Below the pieces are notes generated by a model. It had not been told where the DNA came from, made no database searches, and worked only from the letters and a program-made list of their open reading frames with translations. A program made the position numbers and the translations under genes. From Eledone cirrhosa (Eukaryota), in assembly GCA_964016885.1 (NCBI GenBank), contig OZ024747.1, forward strand, positions 91,760,001 through 91,824,000: a stretch of 64,000 nt of DNA. Reading direction: 5' to 3'. Positions 41,412-54,572 of this stretch are shown here, piece by piece (position 1 is the first letter of the stretch; each line of letters starts with the position of its first letter).

Positions 41412-41810
41412 GTATGTATGTATATATGTAAAAATTCAGCAATAATTGAGGTGGAATGGCCGATTTCTTCTAACAGGAGCTGGTTTTGTTAACCATCTGA
41501 AATCACACGAAACAGGGAGAAATCGAGCCAACTGTGAGATGGTTCTACCACCACACACTCCACGGCATATTTGCACTAAGTATGGCTTAATTTGAAAGTC
41601 AACGGGTGGTCTTGCCAGACGTATTAAAATGCATGAAAACACACCCCACCTCAGCCGATTTCACCAGGAGACAGACAGTTCAAATGTCACATCCATGAAA
41701 GTATCTGCAAAACAAAAGCGGATTTGCAAAGTCCCCTGCTTGCACATAACCATGAAATGTTCAATGAAAGGATGGTTCTCTTCTGACAAGAAGTCGCAAT
41801 TAACATGTAT
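41412..41810 (+). pseudogene. 5'-truncated retroelement 3' end with three decayed C2H2 zinc fingers (probably RTE clade)
   Basis: GRFLLTGAGFVNHLKSH; ICTKYGLI*KSTGGLARRIKMH; FKCHIHESICKTKADLQSPLLAH. Flanked by (TATG)n-like tracts. Confidence 0.65.
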
Positions 41811-42911
41811 GCATGTACGTACGTACGTACCTATGTATGTATGTATGTATGTACGTATTTACGTATGTACATACAGACATATGTATGTATGTGTTTACGT
41901 ATGTACATATATACAGACGTATGTATACTTACCCTCCCTTTCTCACAGTTTCCCCATCGTCTTCATTATTATCATCAGGTTTTCAACATTTTTATCCAGT
42001 ATAAGTGTCTTCTAATTCAGCAGGCGCATGTCCACGTTTTTAGTGTATGGGCAGAATTTTATTTTGAGAATGTAGTATTGTGTTTTGTATACTTCACAAG
42101 TGTTATATTGTTTATGGGTTTAGTTCGATGTTTTTATTGGTGTTTTATCTGTTGTTTAGAATATATGCAATGATAGCCCAGCTTGTTATATTGTCGGGTT
42201 ACATTTGTTTCGTACATGCTATGTGTTTGTTTTTCTCGTGTCTCGTATAGATCTAGTAGGAGTATGCAATGCCCTGGTTCTTGGTCGTGTAGAGTATGTC
42301 GTTTCATGAAATGCTGATTGTGTAGAGTATATGCTATTTTATTAAGCTGTTATTGTATCGGTATTGTGCTGTGTTTACAAAGTGTGCTGTTTGTAATAAT
42401 ATATATATATATATATATAGTTTATAATAATATATATATATATTTTTTACTAGACATTGGTTGTGTGCATGTAGAATCTGGCCGTTTGTTTCTACCCTTA
42501 AACCAGGGATTTTAGCCTACGTTGTTAGACTTTATTCTGTATTTCATGCTCTCTAAAGATGTTTCTGGATATTGATTACAAAAGGGTCTTCTCTATTTTT
42601 TCTTCAATATAATTTTGTTGTTGATTTGATATTCCCGTTGTTTTATAAATTTGAGTTGCTTTTCTTTATCTAAACCTGTTGTGTCTGTTTAATTAGTTTC
42701 TTAGGTTCTGATTACAAACTGACCCTTTAACCTATATAATGAAATTAATTTTATTAAGGAATACACCACTAAATGGCCCTTATTACATAACTCCACCAAT
42801 CACGCTGAGCATAATTAACCGGTAAGCTGTCTCTTCCATTTTTATTTATACAAACGTGAATTAGCCTAAAATTGGTGGACTAGTGCCTAAACCAGAAACC
42901 ATTATTTCTCC

Positions 42912-42984
<73 letters not shown>

Positions 42985-44919
42985 CGTGTGCGTGTGTGTG
43001 TGTGTGTCTGTCTATCTATCTATCTATCTATCTATATATCCCTAGACTACACTAATATTCCGTGAGTTTCCACCCCCTTTTCTCTTTCTCTATCCTTCTG
43101 TGTCTCTCTCTCTCTCTCTCTTGTCTCCTCCTCTGTCCTTGATAATCCTTTCCTCATTTGTATTGTCAGTCTAATCATAGACCCGGGTTTTCTCAGTAAT
43201 AACGTGTAGAGAAGATAATGATTAAATATTAGTTATTAACTAATTGATTATATTTTCCACCAGTTCTTGAGACCCCAACTTTCTTTGGACCATTGACAGC
43301 CACTTTACCCCGCCATATTTGAATACGGGAGTCAGTACTGGTCACACCGGCGGATGTTCACACTATTGCCGAATAGCAAATGTCCATTATATGTCTTTAA
43401 TTGATCCGAGACTCTGATAGAATATACTTAAATGTACATGTTATGGAATCGAACCGTAAACCTTGTAGTTTCGAAACGATGTTTTTAATCTCACACCCAT
43501 ACATACTAGATAATATAAACGACAAACTTTTAGTTAATAATCCAGCACCATGATAACAAAACTATCCAAACTATCGTTAATTATGTACAATCTTTTGGAT
43601 TCAGACATTTTGAATGTAGATATTTTGCTAAACAAAAGAAATCCACAGACAACCATTGAAAATCATCTCGCAATAGTCATAACAGGATACAACAGCAATG
43701 CATATTATCTATAGACAATATTAATATCCGTATATGTATTCACATCTCCATCAATAACAACTTGTGCTGTTACTATGCTTGAGTCTTATATTTACAAGTT
43801 TCAGCTAAACTTATAACCAATCAAAATAACATCTGTTAAGCATATATCATATATACACCCACTGCATATGTACCATGAAAATGAAGCCTGTATTGAATAT
43901 CAACATCCACTAACTAGATATTCTTTCTTAATACATTCTATAGGCTGTCACTCGATGTATTTATATTAATTCAATGTGCACACCACACATGTGACCACAC
44001 AAACGCTATCTCTTCTATACTGACAGTAAACAGCTATACTAGCATTCGCTAGCAATATCCACTACGAATGCTTACACTTAATTGCAACATCCATCATAAA
44101 CCATCGTTCAATTACTCCATTCTCTACAGAAGCTATTTTGTATACATCCATATGACATATGCATACTGGTAAAACGAAAAAAAAAAAACATCAGACTTTA
44201 TCGAATACGATCGCCTCTCTATACAGCGATAAAGATATTTTTGTTCTAAGCAAATACCAGTCTTTACAAATTCCTTTATAGCTACATAGTTATTTGTATT
44301 TATCAAATGATTCATATTTCTCTGTCATGGATTATTCTACAGAAAACACAAAAAAGATGTTAGGCAATTAAAGAAACTTTCAGCTTATGGTTAAAGTTTA
44401 TCTACTCAGCCTCTCTCACTTACATTCTCTGTCTCGCACTCCCCTCTCCTGGTTTGTATACCTCACTCTTACTCACTTGCCGTCGCTCTCCTTCTCCCTC
44501 TATCACTCACTCATACTCTCGGAGCCTTTATTTCTAACTTGTCTCTCTTCTCTGTCATAATGCATATTCCATGACCACTTAACACTTCATCTCTTCAGCA
44601 ACTCGTCACAAGAATACATCTCACACCACCAAGTACTATATAGAGTAATTAATCGACATAACTACTGGCGAATAGAGCCTCTCCCCTTTTGTATATATTT
44701 ACACGTGATATGAGTACCTTTTTTTAAAATTCAATTATTTCTTCAAGAGATATTTTATTAGCTAAGGAGAATTGTGTTGCTCCACAATCACAACAGTAGT
44801 ATTTACAAAATATATTTCTGCACAAGACCGACGGACTTAGTTAATATTGATGTATAATCTCAATGGTCAACTAGAAAACACACGAGGTGTTAATGGGGCT
44901 GTTTGCTTGCAAACAAACC

Positions 44920-44920
<1 letters not shown>

Positions 44921-45008
<88 letters not shown>
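44921..45008. repeat. Pure (TAA)n microsatellite, unoccupied
   Basis: Seen directly in the sequence. Confidence 0.95.
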
Positions 45009-45010
<2 letters not shown>

Positions 45011-45967
45011 GAACAAGGGAAGAAGACGCACGAGGTGGTAGAAGGTCATGAAATCGCTCCCGTAAGTTTTTGATTTTTAACATATTTAAATCAATTGTGA
45101 AATAAAAATTCTTAGTACAAATGTTGCATAAACCACCGAATCAAGTCCCATAAAATTTCGGATCCATATTATATTGTTATATCGCTCAAATATTCAATTT
45201 TGTATTATATATATTGTATTCAAAAAAGAAAATGGTTATAAATGGAAGAAAACACCCTCTGTCTACACTATACAGAACAGCCAAATAACAGCAATTTCAC
45301 CAACACCAGAAACTTGATACACCACCTACCCCATCGCACTAAATATAATAGCCAGATAACGGATATTTCACCACCACCACCACCAATCCCAGCATCATAA
45401 TAATAATTACTATTATTATTGGCTCAAGTTTTAACAAAATGTTTAATTCCAATTTTACGGGAATATGTCAACACAATATATATTAAACATACGCGACAAA
45501 CTCATAGATACTACATATCACAAAACTCAGTAACGACAACGCCATCGCCGCCACCACTCCATCCATCATTGCTACCACTATCCCATCACCGCCGCCACCA
45601 CTCCTTCATTGCTACCACCACTATTCCCTGTTAACTTGAGAGAGAAAGAGGAAGGTGGCGGTATCACTAGACAAGGGAGAGGCTAGCAAAAGATATAAAT
45701 AGATTGACTTAATGACCTGGCCACCGGCCAAACGGCAACATCAACAACTATGGCACTGCTAGCTCACCCCTTCCTCACCAACAATATAAAAAGCCCCATC
45801 ACCACCACCGACATAGCCAACAACAATAACAGGCAACTTCAGCAAAAAGTATATTATATTATTGTAATGCACTGGGTGATTGCTGGCCTTGTGCCTGGAG
45901 TGGAGACAATTATTAATAATTTCATTCTTAAGCCACGCAATGCTCACATTAAGGAACCACTCATGAT

Positions 45968-48900
45968 AATAACAATTTAAAAAAAAACAACAAAAAGAAA
46001 ACCCCGTGACCAAGAATTACCAGGATGGCGGCCGGCGGGGAATAGCCGTGTCTCTAGGGGAGAACGACCCCTCTAGTCTTGGTTGACACTCGTTCTAGAA
46101 GTGGTAACACGAAATGATTACCCCTTGGCGGATAAGGATAAAACGCGACAAAATAAAGTAAATGTCTAATGATAAAATCTCATACCGGTTCGGCCGTCAC
46201 CCGGGTAAAAAAGGGCCGCGTCCCTCAGAGAGGAACCAGACTGGGGTCGAAAAATTAGTTAATGGTTCAAACCTTCCCATCACTTCGGAGCTGGAGACCT
46301 CCCATAACCGGAATACTCCTACTGTTGACCCTCCATGCTCACCACCAAGAAATCCAAAGAAAAAGAGAGAAAAATGGTCAAGGGAAGATAATAAAGAAGT
46401 CCTTGAGGCTTTCTACACTGCCATGTACTACCCATCAAATACATCGAATACAGAACAGACATATATCAACTGGAAAAAGAAACATCCCGAAAACAGAGGC
46501 TATATTGACAGTAACAAACTAGCCGATATACGAAGAAATATTGTAAGAAAATAGTTACTAACTGATATAGAAATTGATCAGATCAAGCTATTAGCACAAA
46601 GTCAGCGAAGGGAAAATGAAACATGTGTCAGTGAAAACGAGGTAAATTGTAACACTTCGAATCCCAGGGTTGGGGCGGAATCACTGGCAACAGAACAAAT
46701 TAAAGAAAGGATCGAAAAAGTGGAGGGAGTGCATGCTCAAGACGAAACTCCAAATGAAAATAATGAGATCGTAAATGATAAAGAAATGAATGAGAATGAA
46801 CTTGCCAACTTGAAGGATGAAATTATGATCGAATGGATGAAAATGAAAGAATCTGACATGGGGCAACGAGACACCCTCCCTAAGATCCAGAACTCCAAAC
46901 AGAACCAAAAGATAATACACAAGACTAACATAATTCTCAAAAACATTATCATCACAAACAAACTAAACATTACTGATTTAAATCATCTCTATTATGCATC
47001 GACTAAAGTCACCACTCACTTATGTGGAGTGAAGATGAAAAAACAAAGGAATTCCCACAAGAAATCTACTTGGCAAGAGAACATCAATCGCCAAATAAAC
47101 CTTCTCCGATCTGACATAGAAATTTTAACAAACTATAAAGTAGGTGAACATGATAAACAAACTAAACTTAGAAAATTGAAAAAAAAGTACAGTATAAAAT
47201 CAACAAGTGACATAGACATGCTGATAGAAATAATCAAGCAAAAAGTGTCGGCCAAAGCTGCTCGTATAAGGCGCTTTGAAAAACGATCTAGATTCTATAG
47301 GGACAATAATATGTTCAAAAACAACCAAAGAAACTTCTACAGAAAAATTGGTAAGTCAACAATAACTGCTAAATCAATACCACCCAAGGAGGAGGTGCAA
47401 GAATTCTGGGAAAAGATCTGGGCCGAAGAAAAAGTTAATAACATACATGCCCCGTGGAGAGACAGACAAATGAAAGATACAGCTCACCTTGAGGAACAAA
47501 TATGGGAAAATATAACAGTTGAACTGTTGCGCTTGGCTCTAAGAAAAACCAGCAAAAGACAAAATACAAAACTTTTGGATAAATGCCTTCACAGAGTCTC
47601 ATGAGCTGTTAGCCCAACTTTACAATGAAATAGTTAAGGAGCCAGAAAAGATACCATCATGGCTAGTTAACGGCATTACATTCCTTCTTCCGAAGAATGA
47701 TGAGACAAACAATCCCAAAAATTACAGACCGATAACTTGCTTGACTACAATGTATAAAATTTTAACATCAGTCCTAACTGAATACACATATGACCACCTG
47801 ATAACAAATGACCTATTTCCCATTGAACAGAAAGGGTGTAAACGAGGCTCATATGGCTGTAAGGATCAGCTTCTGGTTAACAAAATGATACTGGAAGATT
47901 GTCATAATAGACACAAAAATCTATCGATTGCTTGGATAGATTATAAAAAAGCATTCGATAGTTTACCATACAGTTGGATTGAAAAATGTTTAGAGATTTT
48001 CAAAATATCCCCCGTTGTCAGGAGGTTTTTGTCATTCAGTATGAAGACATGCAAAACGACACTCCTTTTGAATAGTGAAACAAAATCACTAGAAGCTGGA
48101 GAAGTTAATATTAATTGTGGAATTTTTCAGGGTGACTCTTTATCACCGCTTTTATTCTGCATCGCATTTATACCATTAAGTAAAATGCTCAATGAAACAA
48201 AATATGGATATAAAGTCTATGACAAAACCATTAATCACTTGTTCTACATGGATGATCTGAAACTATTTGCAAAAAATGATGAACAATTGCAAGGGCTATT
48301 ATCCACTGTGGAGCAGTTCAGTGATGACATTAAAATGGAGTTTGGACTAGATAAATGCGCCAAAGCAACGTTCACCAGAGGAAAGCTGCTGAAGAGTTCA
48401 GACATTAATCTTGATCGGGGTAACGTGATAAGAGAACTTGATCAAGAAAAAACTTACAAATATCTAGGTGTTTGTGAAGGAGACGGAATCAAGCACTCGA
48501 CAATGAGGGAAAGGATAAGGAAGGAGTGTTACCGCAGAGTAAGAGCAATCTTAAGAACGGAATTGAATGTAAGGAATAAGATCGATGCCATAAACACGCT
48601 TGCCATACCAGTAGTAACCTACAGTTACAATGTCATCAACTGGTCAAGCACAGAGATCTGTAGGCTCGATACAAAAATTCTAAAATTCTTAACCATGCAC
48701 AGAATGCATCAGCCTAAGGCAGATATAGATAGAATATATCTCCCTAGGAAAGAAGGAGGACGTGGGTTAATCCAGTTAGACATTGCGTTGAAAACTGCAA
48801 CAATTGGATTATCTACATATCTAAGGGAATCACATGATTGGATGATCAAACTCGTTTTGAAACACGAAAGCATCAAAAGATCATATTCCATTACAAAAGA

Positions 48901-49938
48901 TGCACAAAGATACAGTAATGGACTACAAATTTCAGAAGTCCCATTTACTGCTGAAATGGAAAACACAGAAAAAGCAAAGCAGGTAAAAGTAACTGCAAAG
49001 AAAGAACTGCTACAGAAACTGGCTAAGAAATGGCAAGAAAAGCCTCTGTATGGAAAATACCCAGAGCGAGCTAACAATCCTGATGTTGACAAAACTTTAA
49101 CCCATCAGTGGTTGCCATCCTCTGGACTGAAATCGGAGACTGAAGGACTGATTATATCAGCACAAGATCAGTGTCTGCCAACAAAAAATTACCAAGCCAA
49201 CATAATAAAAAATGGATGCAGCCCATTATGCCGTGTATGCAAAAAACAACCAGAGACCATTGACCATATAATTTCAATGTGCAGTCCTATAGCTCCAACC
49301 GAATACCTAAACAGGCATGACAGAGCTGCTCAATACATACATTGGATAATGTGTAAGCATTTTGACCTGCCCCATCAAAAGAATTGGTGGGAGCATCAAC
49401 CACCTCCCATACTTGAAAAAGATCACATCTCAATCTTGTGGAACTTTAGCATCCAAACAGACCGAAAAATAGATGCAAATAGACCTGATATAATATTGAA
49501 GGACTTTAAAAAGAGGGCATGCCTGCTAATTGATATGTCTGTTCCAATAGACAAGAATGTATCTATAAAAACATTTGAAAAATTGAGCAAGTATAAGGAC
49601 CTGGAGATAGAAATTGGAAAAATGTGGAAATTGAGAACTAAAACAATACCAGTGGTTGTAGGCGCTCTGGGAATGATACCTAAGGTGTCTAATGATTACT
49701 TATCGCAAATCCCAGGAAACCCGCGTATAGGAGAAATACAAAAGATAGTACTAATGGGAACTGCCCATATACTAAGGAAGATTCTGTCAATATAAGTAGA
49801 TCACAAGTCTAAACACTAAAGATGCATGTGTGAGTATGTATGTTCTTTCTTGAACATGGCGGACCTTGTTGTCTCTTGAGGTCACTGGTTGTGACTTGGT
49901 GATAACTCGTATGAACATAAAGCAAGATAAATGCAACT

Positions 49939-49940
<2 letters not shown>
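45968..49940 (+). mobile_element. R4/Dong-clade RLE non-LTR retrotransposon, family A, full-length but inactivated
   Basis: ORF pieces 46162-46554 and 46720-47604 are in frame (stop at 46552). Piece 47741-49795 follows a frameshift near 47553 where the WKSPG motif is deleted. RT GIFQGDSLSP/YMDDLKL, CCHC CRVC..H....C, RLE RHD..RPD..D..K..KY. (TAA)n tail. Confidence 0.93.
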
Positions 49941-49971
<31 letters not shown>

Positions 49972-49975
<4 letters not shown>

Positions 49976-50530
49976 TGGGCAGGGTGATCCACTGGCACCT
50001 GTGCAAAGTAAACAATTTACCACATTCTGAGAAATGGTATGAGCATAGGCCAGAGTCGGTGATGGAGAACAATCAGGTGAAGGTGCTGTGGGATTTTAGG
50101 ATACAGACGGACAAAAAACTGGAACACAATAGACCTGACCTGGTGGTTGTGGACAAAGAAAAAAGATCGTGTCTGATTGTGGATGTGGCCTGCCCGTTCG
50201 ACACGAGAGTGCAAGAGAAGGAGAGGGAGAAAATTAACCGATACCAGGACCTAAAGTGGGAGGTGAAAAGGATTTGGAACTGCCATGAAATCAAAGTGAT
50301 CCCGATTGTCATAGGCGCACTGGGGACTATCTCCAAAAGTTTCCAGGGATGGTTAAAGAAAATCGGCCCCTTCACGCTTTTTGGAACGCTTCAAAAGGCA
50401 TGCTTTCTGGGAACAGCAAGAACCCTCCGATACGTCCTGAATATCTGAGGCTGCAGGTAGTGGCTTGATATTCATTCCAACGGACTTTCCAGTTAACCAA
50501 CATCAATGACTGAGATTCAAGGAATAACAA
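49972..50530 (+). mobile_element. 5'-truncated R4/Dong family B copy
   Basis: 158-aa ORF near-identical to the C-terminus of 51076..54468, plus 3' UTR. Lies between (TAA)n tracts. Confidence 0.95.
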
Positions 50531-50531
50531 C

Positions 50532-50590
<59 letters not shown>

Positions 50591-50650
50591 TAGATAATAA
50601 TAATAAATATAGATAATAATAAATATAGATAATAATAATAAATATAGATA

Positions 50651-53600
50651 GACTCAAAAGAAAAAAGAAAAAACAAACAACAAAAGCAGCACAGCAACAA
50701 CAGCAAAAAACGAGAAAAACAAACAGAGAAAAACAAAAACAAAAAAAGAAACCCCCAAAACGTAAAGAAAATAAGAATGAAGAGAGAAGCAGGCGGACGG
50801 ACAGAGAAGAGGGGGTAAAAAGTAAAACTTAAAAAACAAAAACTAAGTCAGACATTCGAATACTACATTACAATGAAACTTATGCTTATTCATTTTTGGG
50901 GCCCTTTCTGCCCGTGTGTTTGTTTGTTTATGTGTGTCCGTATACAGCGTGGTGATAATGCCACACAAGGGCCAAGTGGGATGGCGGATCCACAGATGGC
51001 TATGTAAACATACATTCGCCAATCCTCGATAAGAGTGTTTAAATATCGAACATAAACAGTTCGAATAACGGTGAAATGGAGACTAGAACGTCATGTGACA
51101 GACTCTCACCCAACAGGTGCCCCCTGGCTCAGCAGCAGGAACCTGACTGTCAACCAAATACTGCTGATGTTGGAGGAAGAAGAAGAAGGAAAGGGGCCAG
51201 AACCAACTGGACGAAAGAATTGAATAGAACTGTTATGCAATGCTACCTGAAAAGTAACCCCAAGGAGAGGGGCTACAGGAGACGGATGCATAACATCTGG
51301 AACGAGATTGGTTTATTTAAATTAGATGAACAAAAATTGGCCGGGCAGGCTCGGGTAATAAGAACTAATGGGTGGATAAGCGAGCTGGAACTGGAGGAAC
51401 TGAGCAGAGAGAATGGCTTGGAGATGGCGGGTGTAGTATGCCAGACAAGCGAGCCGGCGGGAAATGAAGGTGAGGAGGTCCTGAGAACGGAGGAACCACC
51501 CGAAGCAGACAATGATCTGAATACTGAGATAAATAATACCTGGAACAGAGATACGGCCACTGAGGAGATGAATGCTGACGGGCTAGGACAAGATTCGGTT
51601 GACATCCTAAATTTAGTGGTAGATGAGTTGAACAATGATAGTGGGAGACCTATGAGCCTAAGATTTGTAGACAGGAAAAAGTTAAAAGAAACAACAGCTA
51701 AGGTAAACAAAGTCATCCCATACCTTGAGGCGAGGAGTCTTCACCAGTGCAACAATATCCTCAAAGCAACAGCAAATACGGTGAGGAAACTACTTGGTAT
51801 AAAAGCGAGAGGAAACAACAGACAAGAAAGAGCAGAGCCGTGGTGGAAGAAGCGACTGAGTGGGCAAATCGGGGAAATGAGAAATGACATAGGAAAGCTT
51901 GAGTCACTACTGAATGGGACACTAAAAAACATAGGCACTAAAAATAGACTGGAAATAAAATACAAAACTAGGAGTAAAAAGCTAAATATTATCATAGAGG
52001 AATTGAAGCAACGCATTGTAGCAAAGAGTGCCAAAATCAGGCGATACGAGAACAGAGTCAGTCAGTATAAACAGAACCGCATGTTCGACAACAACCAGAA
52101 GATGCTGTTTGGACAGCTTGAGGGGAAAGAAAGAGGCAACGACTTGATCCCTGGGGCGGAACAAGCTAAAACATTCTGGAGAGGAATATGTGAGCAGGAT
52201 GTTAGACACAATGCCCAGGCAGGGTGGATTGAGACAGTACAGAGGGAGATCGGTGAGCAGGCACAGCAACAGACTGATTTGAGTATCACAGTTGAAACTC
52301 TTAAGGGGCAAGCCAAAAAACTAACCAACTGGAAATCACCAGGCCCAGATGGTGTGCAGGGGTATTGGATTAAACATTTAACGTCCCTCCACCCGAAGCT
52401 GACGGCCATGTTCAATGACTGCTTGGTGTCGGGTGAGGTGCCAGAGTGGTTGACAAAAGGTACCACAGTTCTGATAATGAAAGACCGAATCAAGGGTAAT
52501 GATGTTACCAACTATAGACCTATCACATGTCTGCCCGTAATGTGGAAACTGTTGACGAGCATTGTGTCTGAGGAAATCTACCATCACCTCCACACAAACA
52601 ACTTGTTGCCGGACGAACAGAAAGGATGCCGAAAGAAGTCACGTGGTACAAAGGACCAGTTGCTTATTGATAAGATGGTAATGGGGAATTGCAGGAGGAG
52701 ACACACTGATCTTGCAATGGGATGGATAGACTACAGAAAGGCATTTGACATGGTGCCTCATTCCTGGATCACCAAAAGCCTGGAGATCTTCAGGGTGGCA
52801 GATAACATCAGACAGTTGCTGGGCAGGAGTATGGGGTCCTGGGAGACAGAGTTGACATCAACTGGAGTATCCTTGGGAAGCGTGAAGATCAAGAGAGGTA
52901 TCTTCCAGGGAGATAGCCTGTCCCCTCTGTTGTTCGTCCTTGCCCTGATGCCCTTGACCATTATGCTGCGAAAAGTGAGAGCAGGATACAAGTTGGGAAG
53001 GGGAGAGCTTACCATCAATCACCTCCTCTTCATGGACGATCTTAAGCTCTTCGGGAAAAGTGAGAAGGAGTTGGATGTGCTTGTTGACACTGTCCGTATT
53101 TTCAGCAGTGATATATGTATGCAGTTTGGTATTGGTAAATGTGGAGTCATTGTGATGAGGAGGGGTAGGTTGAGCAGAAGTAACGGGATCCAGATACCAA
53201 CAGGTGAGATGATAAAGGAAATTGACTCTGAGGAAGGATACAAGTATTTGGGCGTTCTGGAGGCTGATGACATAAAGAACAAAAAAATGAAGGAATTGTT
53301 AAGAACTGAATACATTCGGAGAGTAAGGAGCGTATTGAAGTCACATCTGAACAGCAGAAATGCCATAAGCGCAGTAAATTCCCGAGCTGTGTCTATTATT
53401 AGATACAGTGCGGGAATTCTGAGATGGAATGTTGCTGAACAAAAAGAAATGGATAGGAAGACTAGGAAGCTATTGACTATCTACAACATGTTCCACAAGA
53501 GGAGTGATGTCGATAGACTCTACCTAAGGAGATCTGAGGGTGGAAGAGGTCTTATCAGCATAGAGGACTGTGTTCAGATGGAGAAAAACAACCTATACAA

Positions 53601-54572
53601 ATACGTGACCTATAGTAAGGAGCCAATGCTCAGAGCTGTACTGAAGGAGGGGACAGTAGGCCAGGGGATATCCAAGGAGGAAATAACATCAAGGAGGAAG
53701 AGCAGCCTTAAGGGAAAATCCCTTCATAGTACCTTCTTTGAGAAAACTGAATTTAGAGATCCACAGACATGGAACTGGTTGAGAAGAGGAGACCTCAAAA
53801 AGGCTACAGAAGGAATGCTAATGGCTGCGCAGGAGCAGGCCCTCAAAACGAAGTGGTTGAAGCACCATATCTACAAGGAGGAGGCTAGCCCACTGTGCAG
53901 GATCTGTGGAGAGAGAGAGGAGACTGTGGCTCACATTGTGTCCGAGTGTAAACACCTAGCCCAGACCCACTATAAGGGCTGGAGACACGATGTGATGGGC
54001 AGGGTGATCCACTGGCACCTGTGCAAAGTAAACAATCTACCACATTCTGAGAAATGGTATGAGCATAGGCCAGAGGCGGTGATGGAGAACAGTCAGGTGA
54101 AGGTGCTGTGGGATTTTAGGATACAGACGGACAAAAAACTGGAACACAATAGACCTGACCTGGTGGTTGTGGACAAAGAAAAAAGATCGTGCCTGATTGT
54201 GGATGTGGCCTGCCCGTTCGACACGAGAGTGCAAGAGAAGGAGAGGGAGAAAATTAACCGATACCAGGACCTAAAGTGGGAGGTGAAAAGGATTTGGAAC
54301 TGCCATGAAGTCAAAGTTATCCCGATTGTCATAGGCGCACTGGGGACTATCTCCAAAGGTTTCCAGGGATGGTTAAAGAAAATCGGCCCCTTAACGCTTT
54401 ATGGAACGCTTCAAAAGGCATGCTTGCTTGGAACGGCACGAACCCTCCGATACGTCCTGAATATCTGAGGCTGCAGGTAGTGGCTTGATATTCAATCCAA
54501 CGGACTTTCCAGTTAACCAACATCAATGACTGAGATTCAAGGAATAACAATAACAATAATAATAATAATAAT
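50651..54572 (+). mobile_element. Full-length R4/Dong-clade non-LTR retrotransposon, family B
   Basis: A-rich leader, structured 5' UTR, single intact ORF, ~75-bp 3' UTR and (TAA)n tail. Confidence 0.95.
51076..54468 (+). CDS. Reverse transcriptase / CCHC knuckle / restriction-like endonuclease polyprotein (R4/Dong type), 1130 aa
   Basis: WKSPGPDG, YRPITCL, DYRKAFD, GIFQGDSLSP, HLLFMDDLKLF, YKYLG, CRICGEREETVAHIVSEC, RHD, RPDLVV..DVACP..KINRYQDL. Confidence 0.96.
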   Translation: METRTSCDRLSPNRCPLAQQQEPDCQPNTADVGGRRRRKGARTNWTKELNRTVMQCYLKSNPKERGYRRRMHNIWNEIGLFKLDEQKLAGQARVIRTNGWISELELEELSRENGLEMAGVVCQTSEPAGNEGEEVLRTEEPPEADNDLNTEINNTWNRDTATEEMNADGLGQDSVDILNLVVDELNNDSGRPMSLRFVDRKKLKETTAKVNKVIPYLEARSLHQCNNILKATANTVRKLLGIKARGNNRQERAEPWWKKRLSGQIGEMRNDIGKLESLLNGTLKNIGTKNRLEIKYKTRSKKLNIIIEELKQRIVAKSAKIRRYENRVSQYKQNRMFDNNQKMLFGQLEGKERGNDLIPGAEQAKTFWRGICEQDVRHNAQAGWIETVQREIGEQAQQQTDLSITVETLKGQAKKLTNWKSPGPDGVQGYWIKHLTSLHPKLTAMFNDCLVSGEVPEWLTKGTTVLIMKDRIKGNDVTNYRPITCLPVMWKLLTSIVSEEIYHHLHTNNLLPDEQKGCRKKSRGTKDQLLIDKMVMGNCRRRHTDLAMGWIDYRKAFDMVPHSWITKSLEIFRVADNIRQLLGRSMGSWETELTSTGVSLGSVKIKRGIFQGDSLSPLLFVLALMPLTIMLRKVRAGYKLGRGELTINHLLFMDDLKLFGKSEKELDVLVDTVRIFSSDICMQFGIGKCGVIVMRRGRLSRSNGIQIPTGEMIKEIDSEEGYKYLGVLEADDIKNKKMKELLRTEYIRRVRSVLKSHLNSRNAISAVNSRAVSIIRYSAGILRWNVAEQKEMDRKTRKLLTIYNMFHKRSDVDRLYLRRSEGGRGLISIEDCVQMEKNNLYKYVTYSKEPMLRAVLKEGTVGQGISKEEITSRRKSSLKGKSLHSTFFEKTEFRDPQTWNWLRRGDLKKATEGMLMAAQEQALKTKWLKHHIYKEEASPLCRICGEREETVAHIVSECKHLAQTHYKGWRHDVMGRVIHWHLCKVNNLPHSEKWYEHRPEAVMENSQVKVLWDFRIQTDKKLEHNRPDLVVVDKEKRSCLIVDVACPFDTRVQEKEREKINRYQDLKWEVKRIWNCHEVKVIPIVIGALGTISKGFQGWLKKIGPLTLYGTLQKACLLGTARTLRYVLNI

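Noticed and set aside
42000-42720. Possible decayed Penelope GIY-YIG/RT remnant on the minus strand
   Set aside because: Too degraded to support by eye and needs a translated search.
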